Positions 8,225-18,587 of a stretch of DNA of 64,000 nucleotides are shown in pieces. Below the pieces are notes generated by a model. The model was not told the origin of the DNA. It searched no databases and worked only from the letters and a program-made list of their open reading frames with translations. Made by a program: the position numbers and the translations under genes. Positions within the stretch are counted from its first letter, which is position 1, and each line of letters begins with the position of its first letter. Origin of the DNA: an uncultured Clostridia bacterium (GTDB lineage Bacteria > Bacillota > Clostridia > TANB77 > CAG-508); NCBI GenBank assembly GCA_928721915.1, contig CAKMVZ010000004.1, positions 35,553 through 99,552 of the forward strand. The letters are read 5' to 3'.

Positions 8225-11014
8225 ATGAAAACTATGGATAAAGAAGAAAAAGTAGATTATAGCAATACTTTAAATTTGCCTAAAACCGATTTTCCAATGA
8301 GAGGAAATTTACCTGAAAATGAGCCCAAAATACAAAAAGAAAAATTTACTGAGGCTCTATATGAAAAAATGCTTAAGAAAAATGAAGGAAAAAAGCCTTT
8401 TGTTTTGCATGATGGACCTCCTTATGCAAATGGAGAAATCCATATTGGTCATGCTTTAAATAAAGTATTAAAAGATACTATAGTAAGATATAAAAATTTA
8501 CAAGGTTTTTATACGCCATATATTCCAGGGTATGATACTCATGGAATGCCTACTGAGAAAAAAGCAATAGAAAAACTTGGATTAAATAGAGAGAAAATTC
8601 CCGTAAATCAGTTTAGAGATACTTGCAAAGAATTTACTTCTAAATATAAAGATGTTCAGACAGAAGGTTTTAAGCGTTTAGGAGTTCTTGGTGATTGGGA
8701 TCATCCATATGTAACATACCAACCACAAATGGAAGCAAAACAAATTGGTGTTTTTGCTAGTATGTATAAAAAGGGGTATATTTATAAAGGTTTAAAACCA
8801 GTTTATTGGTGTACAGATTGTGAAACAGCTCTAGCAGAAGCTGAAATTGAATATAAAGATGTAAATTCAAATACAGCTTATGTAAAATTTCCTGTAAAAG
8901 ATGGAAAAGGTTTGATAGATAATCAAAATACTTATATAGTAATTTGGACAACTACACCTTGGACTTTACCTGGAAATACGATGATAGCAGTTGGAGAAGA
9001 TTTTGACTATGCAGTTGTTAAAGTTGGAAAAGAAAGATTAATTTTTGCTAAAGATTTAGTAGAAGAGGTTATGAAAATAGCTGGAATCGAAGATTATGAG
9101 ATTGAATATGACTTTAAAGGTAGTAAATTAGCAGGAATAGTATGTTCTCATCCATTTTTAGATAGAGATTCTATAGTAGTTTGTGGTTCAGAAGATACAG
9201 TAAATGTAGAACTTGGAACAGGTACAGGATGTGTTCACTGTGCACCAAGTTATGGTAAAGAAGACTATTTATTAGGGTTAAAACATAATAGCGATATTAT
9301 AGTTACAGTAGATAGTAAAGGTGTTCAAAGAGGAGAAGGTTCAGGACCATTTAAAGATATGTTTTATGCAAAATCTGATAAAGAAATTATAAAATGGTTA
9401 GATGAACATGACTTATTATTAGCTTCTCAAGTAGTAAATCACTCATATCCACACTGTTGGAGATGTAAAAAACCAGTTATATTTAGAGCTACTAGTCAGT
9501 GGTTTGCATCCGTTGATGGATTTAGAAAAGAAACTATTGACGCAATAAAAACAGTAAAATGGTATCCAGCTTGGGGTGAAGAAAGAATCACAAAAATGGT
9601 TGAAGAAAGAAATGATTGGTGTATTTCACGTCAAAGAACATGGGGAGTTCCAATTCCAGTATTTTATTGTAAAGAATGTGAAAAAGAATATGTTACAGAT
9701 GAGAGTTTGAAAAAAATACAAGAAATAGTAAAAGAAAAGGGAACAAATGCCTGGTTTGATTTAAGCGAAAAAGAATTAATGCCTGAAGGTGCAAAATGCT
9801 TAGCATGTGGATGTACAGAATTTAAGAAAGAAACAGATATAATGGATGTTTGGTTTGATTCAGGCTCAACTCATGAATCTGTTATAGCAGAACGTGGACT
9901 TCCAGAAGCTGACCTTTACTTAGAGGGAAGCGATCAATATAGAGGATGGTTTCAATCATCACTTTTAACATCTGTTGCAACAAAAGGAAAAGCACCATAT
10001 AAAGAAGTTGTAACACATGGTTATACTGTTGATGAAAAAGGAAATAAAATGTCAAAGTCAGTAGGAAATGTAATAGCTCCTCAAGAAATTATTAAACAAT
10101 ATGGTGCAGACATATTAAGACTTTGGGTTTTAGCCTCAGATTATACATCAGATATAAGTATTTCAAAAGGAATTATGAAGCAAGTAAGTGAAGTTTATAG
10201 AAAATTAAGAAATACTGCAAGATATATTTTAGGAAATATTAGTGATTTTGATGTAGAAAAACCTGTTCCTTATAAAGACTTGCAAGAAATAGATAAATGG
10301 GCTTTAACAAAATTAAATAAATTAATTAAAGATTGTACAGAAAGTTATGATAAATATGAATTTAATAGTGCTTATAGAGCGTTAAATCAATTTTGCGTTG
10401 TAGATATGAGTTCATTTTATTTAGATATTATAAAAGATAGATTATATACTTCAAAACCAGATTCAATAGAAAGAAGAGCTGCTCAAACTACAATGTATGA
10501 AATATTATCAAGTTTAGTTAGAATAATGGCTCCAATGACATGTTTTACAGCAGAAGAAATATGGAAATATATGCCTCATAGAAAAGGAGAAAATCTAGAA
10601 TCTGTAATGTTAGATTATTATCCAAAAACTCATAAAGAGTGGGAAGATGAAGATCTAGAAAGAAAATGGGCAAAATTAATAGGATATAGAGAAGAAATTT
10701 CAAAAGCATTAGAAGTAGCAAGAGCAAACAAAGAAATAGGACTTTCTTTAGAAGCAAAAGTTGAAATTTTTGCAGAAGGTGAAGATTATAGGTTTTTAGA
10801 GGGAAAAGAAGAGTTACTAAAAGAAATTTGCATAGTTTCAGATGTTAAAATAAACGAAAATAGAAGAAACGCAGATGAAGAGCTAGGAATAGGAGTAAAA
10901 GTATGCAAAGCAGAAGGAGAAAAATGTGAGAGGTGTTGGGGCTATAGCGAGACAGTAGGTCAAAATTCAAAATATCCTCATATTTGCGAAAAATGTGTTA
11001 GTAATTTAGAGTAA
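8225..11014 (+). CDS. ileS: isoleucine--tRNA ligase
   Basis: 929-aa ORF with HIGH (HIGHALN) and KMSKS motifs, a CP1 editing region and C-terminal zinc-binding cysteines. ATG 8234 is better spaced from the RBS than ATG 8225. I found no CGG trinucleotide in any frame of this gene. Confidence 0.97.
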   Translation: MKTMDKEEKVDYSNTLNLPKTDFPMRGNLPENEPKIQKEKFTEALYEKMLKKNEGKKPFVLHDGPPYANGEIHIGHALNKVLKDTIVRYKNLQGFYTPYIPGYDTHGMPTEKKAIEKLGLNREKIPVNQFRDTCKEFTSKYKDVQTEGFKRLGVLGDWDHPYVTYQPQMEAKQIGVFASMYKKGYIYKGLKPVYWCTDCETALAEAEIEYKDVNSNTAYVKFPVKDGKGLIDNQNTYIVIWTTTPWTLPGNTMIAVGEDFDYAVVKVGKERLIFAKDLVEEVMKIAGIEDYEIEYDFKGSKLAGIVCSHPFLDRDSIVVCGSEDTVNVELGTGTGCVHCAPSYGKEDYLLGLKHNSDIIVTVDSKGVQRGEGSGPFKDMFYAKSDKEIIKWLDEHDLLLASQVVNHSYPHCWRCKKPVIFRATSQWFASVDGFRKETIDAIKTVKWYPAWGEERITKMVEERNDWCISRQRTWGVPIPVFYCKECEKEYVTDESLKKIQEIVKEKGTNAWFDLSEKELMPEGAKCLACGCTEFKKETDIMDVWFDSGSTHESVIAERGLPEADLYLEGSDQYRGWFQSSLLTSVATKGKAPYKEVVTHGYTVDEKGNKMSKSVGNVIAPQEIIKQYGADILRLWVLASDYTSDISISKGIMKQVSEVYRKLRNTARYILGNISDFDVEKPVPYKDLQEIDKWALTKLNKLIKDCTESYDKYEFNSAYRALNQFCVVDMSSFYLDIIKDRLYTSKPDSIERRAAQTTMYEILSSLVRIMAPMTCFTAEEIWKYMPHRKGENLESVMLDYYPKTHKEWEDEDLERKWAKLIGYREEISKALEVARANKEIGLSLEAKVEIFAEGEDYRFLEGKEELLKEICIVSDVKINENRRNADEELGIGVKVCKAEGEKCERCWGYSETVGQNSKYPHICEKCVSNLE

Positions 11015-11068
11015 TTAGAGCTATAGCCCATGGAAATTTTTTGCAAAAAAATTTCCAGGATTACCCAA

Positions 11069-11134
11069 GAAACAGTAGGAAGTAGTAAACTACATCCGCA
11101 TATATGCTTAAAGTGCGTAAAAAACTTAGAATAA
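11069..11134 (+). pseudogene. relic second copy of the ileS 3' end
   Basis: It translates to ETVGSSKLHPHICLKCVKNLE*, parallel to the genuine C-terminus ETVGQNSKYPHICEKCVSNLE* that ends at 11014. Confidence 0.6.
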
Positions 11135-11203
11135 GCAAGCAGAATATTTCATGGGAATTTTTCTGAATTTAAGGAATGTATTTTTAATACATTCCTTAAA
11201 TTT

Positions 11204-12538
11204 TTAGGTATTTTTTTCAATAATAATTTTATATAAAGGAATTAAAATTTTAATTTTTTCTAAAATTAATTTTTCAATTTCCTCTTTGTTTTTTAATCTT
11301 TGATCATTTGGAGCTATTTGGAACATAATTGATGAAGAACATCCATCTATATCGTTATCTAAATAGAATTGAATAAAATTATTAATATCTTCTGTATCTA
11401 TAGAAAAAATTTTCTCTTTTTCATCAACTTTTGACCAAATATTCCAATTTAGGTTATTTCCTTTTAATTTTTGTAATTCTTCTAATAATCTATTTTTAAA
11501 ATAAACATTATTTTTTTCAAGTTTTTCTCTCATTATCATCCTATCAACTGCATCATGAGTAACTGCATGATAAATTCCAACTTCAAAACAGGTCAATGTT
11601 AAATTAAATTGTAAACAAGAATATTTTTGAAATCCTAATTTGCTATCATCTTTTGACGAAAGATTGACATTTAAACTATCAATTTCTTCTTTATTTCTTC
11701 CATATCTTATGCCAATCCAATTAACAGCATAATTATTAAAGATATTTGGAATTATAGAAGATGTAATATTGTCTGGATTCCAATGATTATATAGATTGTA
11801 TTTTTTAATTTCATCTTTAATATCATTATTAATATCTAATAACTTTTGCTGAATGATTTTTCTTTTGTATCTAATATTTGAGTTATTTTCATTAACATTA
11901 TATTTTTCAAAAGTTTCATAATCTTCTTTATTAAAGTAAAAATTTTCTATTTTATTATACTTAGGATCATTATCAATAGTGCTATTAATTCCAATAATAT
12001 CTTTAAAAATTTTAGAGGATACTAGATTATAATTTTTTTCAGTTTCCATGTTTAATTCATTTTCATAATTTTTGTATTTTTCAATTAATATTTTATCAAC
12101 TAAAATTCCTTTTTCTTTACATTTTTCAAAAAATAAATTTAAACTTAAAATATTATCTTGAATTATTTTCTGGTCTTCTTCCATATTGTAAAATTCTAGA
12201 TTTGATATTAAACCACCTTTTGTAAAATTTGCAGATCCATAAATTAGTAAATTTTTTTCACCTTCTAAAAAATAAACTTTTGCGTGTAGTTTATCTATCA
12301 ACTTTATTTTTGAAATATTAATTAGTTGATTTAAAATTTCAGAAAAACCTTCATCAGTAAATTTATACGATAAATATAATTCTACATTTTCTTTTGATAT
12401 ATTATTAATTTTTATTATTTCTTTTAAAACATCAATACCATACTGCGAAATAAAAGCAGTTGCAATTTTTATTTTGTTAATACCGTTTTGTTCTATTAAT
12501 TTCTTTTTTATAATTGTACCACTGTATAATAAATTCAT
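11204..12538 (-). CDS. PLD-like (single HKD) domain protein with unknown C-terminal domain
   Basis: HKD-type motif HAKVYFLEG...GSANFTKGG in the N-terminal ~110 aa. The remaining ~330 aa have no motif I recognise. Confidence 0.55.
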   Translation of the reverse strand: MNLLYSGTIIKKKLIEQNGINKIKIATAFISQYGIDVLKEIIKINNISKENVELYLSYKFTDEGFSEILNQLINISKIKLIDKLHAKVYFLEGEKNLLIYGSANFTKGGLISNLEFYNMEEDQKIIQDNILSLNLFFEKCKEKGILVDKILIEKYKNYENELNMETEKNYNLVSSKIFKDIIGINSTIDNDPKYNKIENFYFNKEDYETFEKYNVNENNSNIRYKRKIIQQKLLDINNDIKDEIKKYNLYNHWNPDNITSSIIPNIFNNYAVNWIGIRYGRNKEEIDSLNVNLSSKDDSKLGFQKYSCLQFNLTLTCFEVGIYHAVTHDAVDRMIMREKLEKNNVYFKNRLLEELQKLKGNNLNWNIWSKVDEKEKIFSIDTEDINNFIQFYLDNDIDGCSSSIMFQIAPNDQRLKNKEEIEKLILEKIKILIPLYKIIIEKNT

Positions 12539-12553
12539 ATAAAATATCCCTTT

Positions 12554-12649
12554 CTATAAAAGAATTATTTTTCTAATGTACCATTTTTTATTTTTCATAA
12601 TTTCAACTTTATGTTCAATAAGTGTGTTTTTAATTTCAATGGCTTTCAT
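12554..12649 (-). CDS. small ORF (31 aa) immediately upstream of the PLD-like gene
   Basis: GGAG RBS then ATG. It reads MKAIEIKNTLIEHKVEIMKNKKWYIRKIILL and ends 15 nt before the PLD-like start. It is not in the ORF track because it is too short. Confidence 0.3.
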   Translation of the reverse strand: MKAIEIKNTLIEHKVEIMKNKKWYIRKIILL

Positions 12650-12770
12650 AATTTTCTCCAATCTAAATTTATACTATGATTATATCAGAAAAAATAAATT
12701 TTACAACTTTTTTATAATTTAAAATAAAAGTTCAGAGAAGCGCATGAAATTCTCTGAACTTTTTAATAAT

Positions 12771-14054
12771 TTACCACTTTTTCTTAGAATTTATTAATTC
12801 TGAAATATATCCAGCCAAACAAAATGGAGCTAGAATGAATGCATATAATAAAATATAAAAAATAAAAGCGATTATGCTTCGTCTTTCTGGCTTATAGTTT
12901 ATTTTTTTCAACATGTTTTTTCTTTTGAAATCAATTGCAAGGCAAAGTAACATTCCAAGAATGATAACTAATACAATTAACCAGCTTAATAGTAACGTAC
13001 TGCCAAATGCTAATAAAATTAGCGCAATTGGCACAAAGATTAAAAGAGCAAGATCTATAAAAGGAAAAAATAAATTTAAAAACATTAAAAATTTTGATTT
13101 GAAATTTAGTTTTTTAGAAGTTATAGTTTTAACTCTTTTAAAAGCTTCAATCATACCTCTAGCCCATCTTTTTCTTTGACGAGCTAATCCTTTAAATCTT
13201 TCAGGAACTTCTGTAAAAGCAATAGCGTTTTCTGCAAAATTTGTTTCATATCCTTTACTTAGTAATTCCCAAGTTAAAACAATATCTTCTCCAACACAAT
13301 TTTGCCACCCACCAATTTGTTTTAAAGCATCAGTTTTATAAGCGCTAAATGCACCTTGTGCAACTAAAGTGGAATTGTAATTTCCTTGATATGATTTTAC
13401 GCCAAAAATTCCTAAAGTATAATCCCATTCTTGTAGTTTTGTAATAAAATTTCTTTTAGTATTTTTTACAAATAAACATCCAGCTGTAGCTGCAGTTAAT
13501 TCATTAGAACATATCAATTTATTCATAATATTTCTAATTGCTAGTGGATGAAGAACTGTATCACTGTCAATTGTAATTATATAATTAGTTTTAACATTTT
13601 TTAATCCTTCATTTAAAGCAAAAGCCTTTCCTTTATGATCTAATTTTAATAATTTTATTTTAGAATCAAAATTCATAGTTTCTAAAATTTCTAGTGTTCC
13701 ATCTTTTGAACCATCGTCAATTAAATTAATATAAATTTTTCCACAATATTTTTGATTTTGAATAGATTTTATAGTTTCTATAATAGAATTTTTTGAGTTA
13801 TACATTGGAATTAAAACTGTAACATCTTTTTCTTCTTTTATATTTATTTTTTTCTCTTTTTGATTCCAAGATAAGCTAATGAACATAAATATAAAAATAA
13901 ATCCAGGTATTAATGCTATAAAAAGAACAATATATATTGCAAAAAAATATCCAAAATAACAAGCTATATCATTTATCCAATTTATATTTATAAAAATTGT
14001 ACATACAAAATATAAAATTGAAAGTATAGTTGATATAAAAAACATTTTTATCAC
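12771..14054 (-). CDS. family-2 glycosyltransferase, poly-beta-1,6-GlcNAc synthase-like (IcaA/PgaC type)
   Basis: N- and C-terminal TM segments flank a GT2 domain with the motifs DDGSKDGT, DSDT, GEDIVLTW and Q(R)xRW (QRKRWARG). Confidence 0.8.
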   Translation of the reverse strand: MIKMFFISTILSILYFVCTIFININWINDIACYFGYFFAIYIVLFIALIPGFIFIFMFISLSWNQKEKKINIKEEKDVTVLIPMYNSKNSIIETIKSIQNQKYCGKIYINLIDDGSKDGTLEILETMNFDSKIKLLKLDHKGKAFALNEGLKNVKTNYIITIDSDTVLHPLAIRNIMNKLICSNELTAATAGCLFVKNTKRNFITKLQEWDYTLGIFGVKSYQGNYNSTLVAQGAFSAYKTDALKQIGGWQNCVGEDIVLTWELLSKGYETNFAENAIAFTEVPERFKGLARQRKRWARGMIEAFKRVKTITSKKLNFKSKFLMFLNLFFPFIDLALLIFVPIALILLAFGSTLLLSWLIVLVIILGMLLCLAIDFKRKNMLKKINYKPERRSIIAFIFYILLYAFILAPFCLAGYISELINSKKKW

Positions 14055-14142
14055 CTCTATACATTTTATGAAAGATGAAAAATTTTGTTATAAAATGTCA
14101 AAAAAAGTAGAAATGAATATTATAAATTAGAGGTGAATTGAT

Positions 14143-14922
14143 TTGAAAAAAAGATTTTTATTTATAATTTTGATAATACTGATTGCTTTCATAATATTTT
14201 TTATATCCAATAATTCAAAGAAAGATGAAAATATAAAAATTCCAATTTTACTCTATCATGATTTTGTATTAACAGTTCCTAATAGTGATCCAGACAATTT
14301 TAATTATATTAATACACCAAAAAGTTTTGAAGAAAATATAAAAGTTTTATTAGAAAATGGATATACATTTATTTCTTTTAATGAATTGAATAATGCAAAT
14401 AGTGGAAAGATTGATTTTCCTGAAAAGCCAATTTTACTTACAATGGATGATGGATATTTGAGTAATTACGAGTATGTTTTTCCTATTATAAAAAAGTATA
14501 ATATAAAAATATCTATTTTTATTGTTACTGATAAAATAGGTAAAGAAATTGATGGAAAAAAATATTTAAGTTGGGAACAGTGCCAAGAAATGCAAGAAAG
14601 TGGGTTGGTAGAAATCTTTAGTCATAGTACTAGACATATATTTTATGACAGATTTCCGGTTAAAACTTTAAGAGACGATGTAATTAAGTCTTTTGAAATT
14701 ATAGAAGAAAATTTAGGGAAGAAAAATTTAAAAGTTTTTGCATACCCTTATGGAGCATATACGAAAGAGTCTATTTGGGTTTTAAGTATGAATGGAATTG
14801 ATATGCAAGTATATGATATAGGAATGAATTATTCTAATGATTTTGACAAAAAATATATAAAAAGAATTAATATTCCATGTGAAATGACAGGGGAGGAGAT
14901 TATAGAAGAAATTGAGAAATAG
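14143..14922 (+). CDS. polysaccharide deacetylase (IcaB/PgaB-like), membrane anchored
   Basis: N-terminal TM segment. NodB-type motifs LTMDDGY and HS..H (FSHSTRH). It is divergent from the GT2 synthase gene. Confidence 0.75.
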   Translation: MKKRFLFIILIILIAFIIFFISNNSKKDENIKIPILLYHDFVLTVPNSDPDNFNYINTPKSFEENIKVLLENGYTFISFNELNNANSGKIDFPEKPILLTMDDGYLSNYEYVFPIIKKYNIKISIFIVTDKIGKEIDGKKYLSWEQCQEMQESGLVEIFSHSTRHIFYDRFPVKTLRDDVIKSFEIIEENLGKKNLKVFAYPYGAYTKESIWVLSMNGIDMQVYDIGMNYSNDFDKKYIKRINIPCEMTGEEIIEEIEK

Positions 14923-15080
14923 TATCTTTGCCTATTTCATCTATTAGATTTTACAGAGAAAAATGCAATTTTTAATAATATTATCTGATAAATAAAAATA
15001 ATTCTAAATGTTATTATCATTTAGAATTATTTTTAAGTTTAATATTTTTTCTATTATTTAATATACTAATATATTTGAAT

Positions 15081-16892
15081 TTATCTGTCTAATCCTAATA
15101 AATCTTTGTTATTTATTCCAGTTTCTTGATTAATATTTCTTAAAGAACCATCTTTAATTTTTTCTATAATATATTCAAAAGCTTTTTTAGGATCTTTTAA
15201 TTCTTGAGCTTTAATTCCAATTTCTTGGCTTTTAATGTCACATAAAATTGTATAATACTTTAATAAATTAGTTACGTCACTTATTTTTTCTATATTTTTT
15301 AATTGATTTGGATCTGTTATATTAATTTCTGTATCAGATATCCATTCTTCAGAGAATTCGAAAACTGGTTTATTTGTAATAGGGTTAATGGTTAAATTGC
15401 AAACAGGTGTAAAAGTAGATGGATTTATATAATAAATAAAATTAGGTTGATTTAATATTGCATGCTTTTTTCCTTCAGAATCTTGTGTAATACTTATATT
15501 ATCATCTCCATAAATATAAAAAGAATTGTTAAAACCAATCATTCCTGAACTATTACGAGCTATATATGCATTGTTTTCATTAATAGGAGTAGAGGATGCA
15601 AAAACACCACTAACTATTTCTGTTTCATAATTATTTGGAACATCTATAGATTTTCTTAAAACTCCACCTTCTAGTCTATCCGGTGGAATATTAGTTATAT
15701 GTGTAAGATTAATATTATTATCAACAAATATTCTTTTTATAGATTCACCATATTCTTGCATTAGTTTAAAAATTTCTTTAGCTTCATTACAAAGTTCAAT
15801 ATCATTTTCATTTTTTCCGTGATTTAAATATCTGTTATATAAAAAATCTAAAGCATTGTTTATTGCTTTTTTGCTAAAACTTTCAATACGTTTTGAATAA
15901 GATTTTGTTAACAAATTTATTTTATCTTGATAAGTATAATTTTTGGATTTGTTCTTCCAATTTTCTATTAAAATATTTGCTTCAGGATGATTTATAATTA
16001 GTTTTTTATATTCATTGCTCTTTATAACATCTGATACTATTTGTTCAGGAGATTTGGTTGTACTTTTCATAAATATAGAATTTAAGTAAGTATTTATGTT
16101 TTCTTCCAATGAGGGATATTTTATTCTTGATTCAATTTTACCATCTTTATTATATGTGATTTTATATATTTTGACTTTTGTTTCTAATTCCTTTATTTTA
16201 GATATTTTTATTTTAGAAATTTCATCTAAAAATGGCATAATACTTAAAGCATCTAGTTTATCTTTTTCTCTTAAACCTTTACTTTTTATCATATAAATAT
16301 ATTCTTTAGATTGAGTTTTTAACTTTAAACCTTTATAATCAATAACATTATTATCATATATTAATTCAAATAGTTCCTTAGGCATTATTTTTTCTGTGCC
16401 TACAAATTTTCCTTCTTTTTCTTCAAAACTGTATGAATATGTAATTACTTCACCATTTTTTACTTGAAAAGTAAAAATACCAATTCCTAACATATTTCTA
16501 TTTTGGGTGTTAGCATTTAATTCATGATCTACTGCTTGAAAATGCTTATTTAAATCAGTTTTATTTCCTGTTTTTATTCCTCTTTTATCATCTACACTAT
16601 AGCCATTTTTTTCTAATATATTAATCAGTTTAGGTAAATCTTCTTCTTTACAAATAAGATCTAAATCTTCATTTTGTCTATATAAATCTTGATTAGTTTG
16701 AATTGCAGCAGAAATTCCACCTATAAGATATATATTTAAAGTGTTTAATTCGCTAAACACTTTAAACAAAGTATCATAAGTTTTATGATATTCATCATAA
16801 TTTTGCTTAGATACATTTGCAAGTATTGGGTTACGATTTTTAATAAATATTTTTTTAAATAAATTTAAAATATTATCTCTTATTTTTGACAT
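15081..16892 (-). CDS. hypothetical protein with N-terminal nucleotidyltransferase-like region
   Basis: 603 aa. The LIGGISAA...NEDLDLI pattern resembles the GG...DxD signature of minimal or ANT-type nucleotidyltransferases. The C-terminal ~350 aa are unrecognised. Confidence 0.35.
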   Translation of the reverse strand: MSKIRDNILNLFKKIFIKNRNPILANVSKQNYDEYHKTYDTLFKVFSELNTLNIYLIGGISAAIQTNQDLYRQNEDLDLICKEEDLPKLINILEKNGYSVDDKRGIKTGNKTDLNKHFQAVDHELNANTQNRNMLGIGIFTFQVKNGEVITYSYSFEEKEGKFVGTEKIMPKELFELIYDNNVIDYKGLKLKTQSKEYIYMIKSKGLREKDKLDALSIMPFLDEISKIKISKIKELETKVKIYKITYNKDGKIESRIKYPSLEENINTYLNSIFMKSTTKSPEQIVSDVIKSNEYKKLIINHPEANILIENWKNKSKNYTYQDKINLLTKSYSKRIESFSKKAINNALDFLYNRYLNHGKNENDIELCNEAKEIFKLMQEYGESIKRIFVDNNINLTHITNIPPDRLEGGVLRKSIDVPNNYETEIVSGVFASSTPINENNAYIARNSSGMIGFNNSFYIYGDDNISITQDSEGKKHAILNQPNFIYYINPSTFTPVCNLTINPITNKPVFEFSEEWISDTEINITDPNQLKNIEKISDVTNLLKYYTILCDIKSQEIGIKAQELKDPKKAFEYIIEKIKDGSLRNINQETGINNKDLLGLDR

Positions 16893-17304
16893 TACAACTC
16901 ACTTCTTTAATATTTTTTTCATAATTATATTATCAAAAAATTAATATATAAGCAATTATTAATAAATAAATTTTATAAATTTAGAAGATAAACTATTTAA
17001 AATGATTTGAAGATGAAAGGTAGAGATTTTGAAATAGATTTTTGGAGAAAATAGAGTTAGATAAAAGAGGATATAAAGATATAAAAGTAAGTAATAAAAT
17101 TAAAGATAAGGCTTTATTTGAAAGAATAGAAAAATTTATTATCAATAATTTTGGAGCGATATTCTCACAAGTTACGAACTCTCTTGATCTCTTTCTAAAG
17201 GTATTATATATTAATCGTTTACAAATTTCAATAAAATATAGAATTTTTTTAAAATTTATATTATAATTATAGTCAGTAAAATTAAGAAAGCGAAAGGAAA
17301 AATT

Positions 17305-17904
17305 ATGGAACTTATAGAAATTATAGAATTAATTGGAATAATTATTGCTCTTATTACGGGAGTATCTTCATTTATTTTATCATTAAAATCTAATAGTTTG
17401 GCTAAAAAATCTAATAAAATCTCTGAAGACTCTCTCAGACTATCACAGGAATGTGCAAATATGAATAAAGAAAATGTTCATTTATCACATATTGGAAACT
17501 GTATAATTGTATCTATCGACAATTGTGTATTGATTGATAATGAAGATACTTATGGAGGAGATTTTTGTTTAATTGTAAATGTTTTAATAGATAATAAATC
17601 TCTACAACCTGTTACAATAAAAGATTATTGTTGCTATCTAGGAAGTGGAAAAGATAGTGTTTATATTTGTAGTATAGATTATGTTCATCTAAAAGAATAT
17701 AATAAAACATCTATTAATTCTACTTTTTTTCCAATATATTTAAATGGTAATGAATCTAAAGAAGTTTCAGTAGCTATACTTCTTAGTAAAGTAGAATATA
17801 ATCAATTTTATGCTAAAAATGGAATAGAATTAAGTTTTACCACTACTCATTCTTCAAAGAAAATATATATAAAAGCTGATAATACAATTGATTATACGAA
17901 ATAA
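17305..17904 (+). CDS. hypothetical membrane-anchored protein
   Basis: 199-aa ORF with an RBS and one N-terminal TM segment. Confidence 0.4.
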   Translation: MELIEIIELIGIIIALITGVSSFILSLKSNSLAKKSNKISEDSLRLSQECANMNKENVHLSHIGNCIIVSIDNCVLIDNEDTYGGDFCLIVNVLIDNKSLQPVTIKDYCCYLGSGKDSVYICSIDYVHLKEYNKTSINSTFFPIYLNGNESKEVSVAILLSKVEYNQFYAKNGIELSFTTTHSSKKIYIKADNTIDYTK

Positions 17905-17920
17905 TTGCAAGGAGGAAAGT

Positions 17921-18565
17921 ATGAAAATAATAAAAACCATTGATTTATGGACAGAACAACATGATAACCATTATGAATGTTTTAATGGTGCTTTTGTAGA
18001 TGGATTTGAAAATAACAAAGTCCCTTTTGATACATATAAAATTATTAAAAACTGTAATTGTATAATAACAGTTGATAATCCATATGTTGACATTAATAAC
18101 AAGCATAATGCTATTATTTTTTACAAAAATGATATACCTGTTAGATTAGTTGTTATAAACAAAAATACAAATATTGATAAATGCATAAATATAGCACTAG
18201 AACAATATTTTGAGAGTTCTATATTGAAAGATTACTATGTTAAACATAATATAAAGTCAGCTATTATTGATATGAAAGAGGAACCAATTTGTAAAGTAAC
18301 TGATAATATTAAAGTAGAAACAGATGTCGGATCTTGTGATAGATGGAAACTTTTATATAATATGCTAAAAGGTAGCTATACAGAAAGTGATACTTCTTAT
18401 GGAAATTTTGAAAGTGATAGATATGAATTTATGCCTAACTTATTTATAAAATATGAACTTAATACAGATACTGAAAAGTTTGAAATAGAGCATAAATGTG
18501 CATTTATAAATACTTTAAAGACTAGGTTAATACCTATACAAGAGAACTCACCATTAACTAGATAA
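17921..18565 (+). CDS. hypothetical protein
   Basis: ATG 17921 is preceded by AAGGAGGAAAGT. No motif recognised. Confidence 0.4.
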   Translation: MKIIKTIDLWTEQHDNHYECFNGAFVDGFENNKVPFDTYKIIKNCNCIITVDNPYVDINNKHNAIIFYKNDIPVRLVVINKNTNIDKCINIALEQYFESSILKDYYVKHNIKSAIIDMKEEPICKVTDNIKVETDVGSCDRWKLLYNMLKGSYTESDTSYGNFESDRYEFMPNLFIKYELNTDTEKFEIEHKCAFINTLKTRLIPIQENSPLTR

Positions 18566-18587
18566 GTTTGAAAGGAAATTAGTTAAT

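Noticed and set aside
17042-17266. ORF 17042..17266 (+).
   Set aside because: It has a non-ATG start and no convincing RBS, and its tail is low-complexity. It may be a gene fragment, but that is not supportable.
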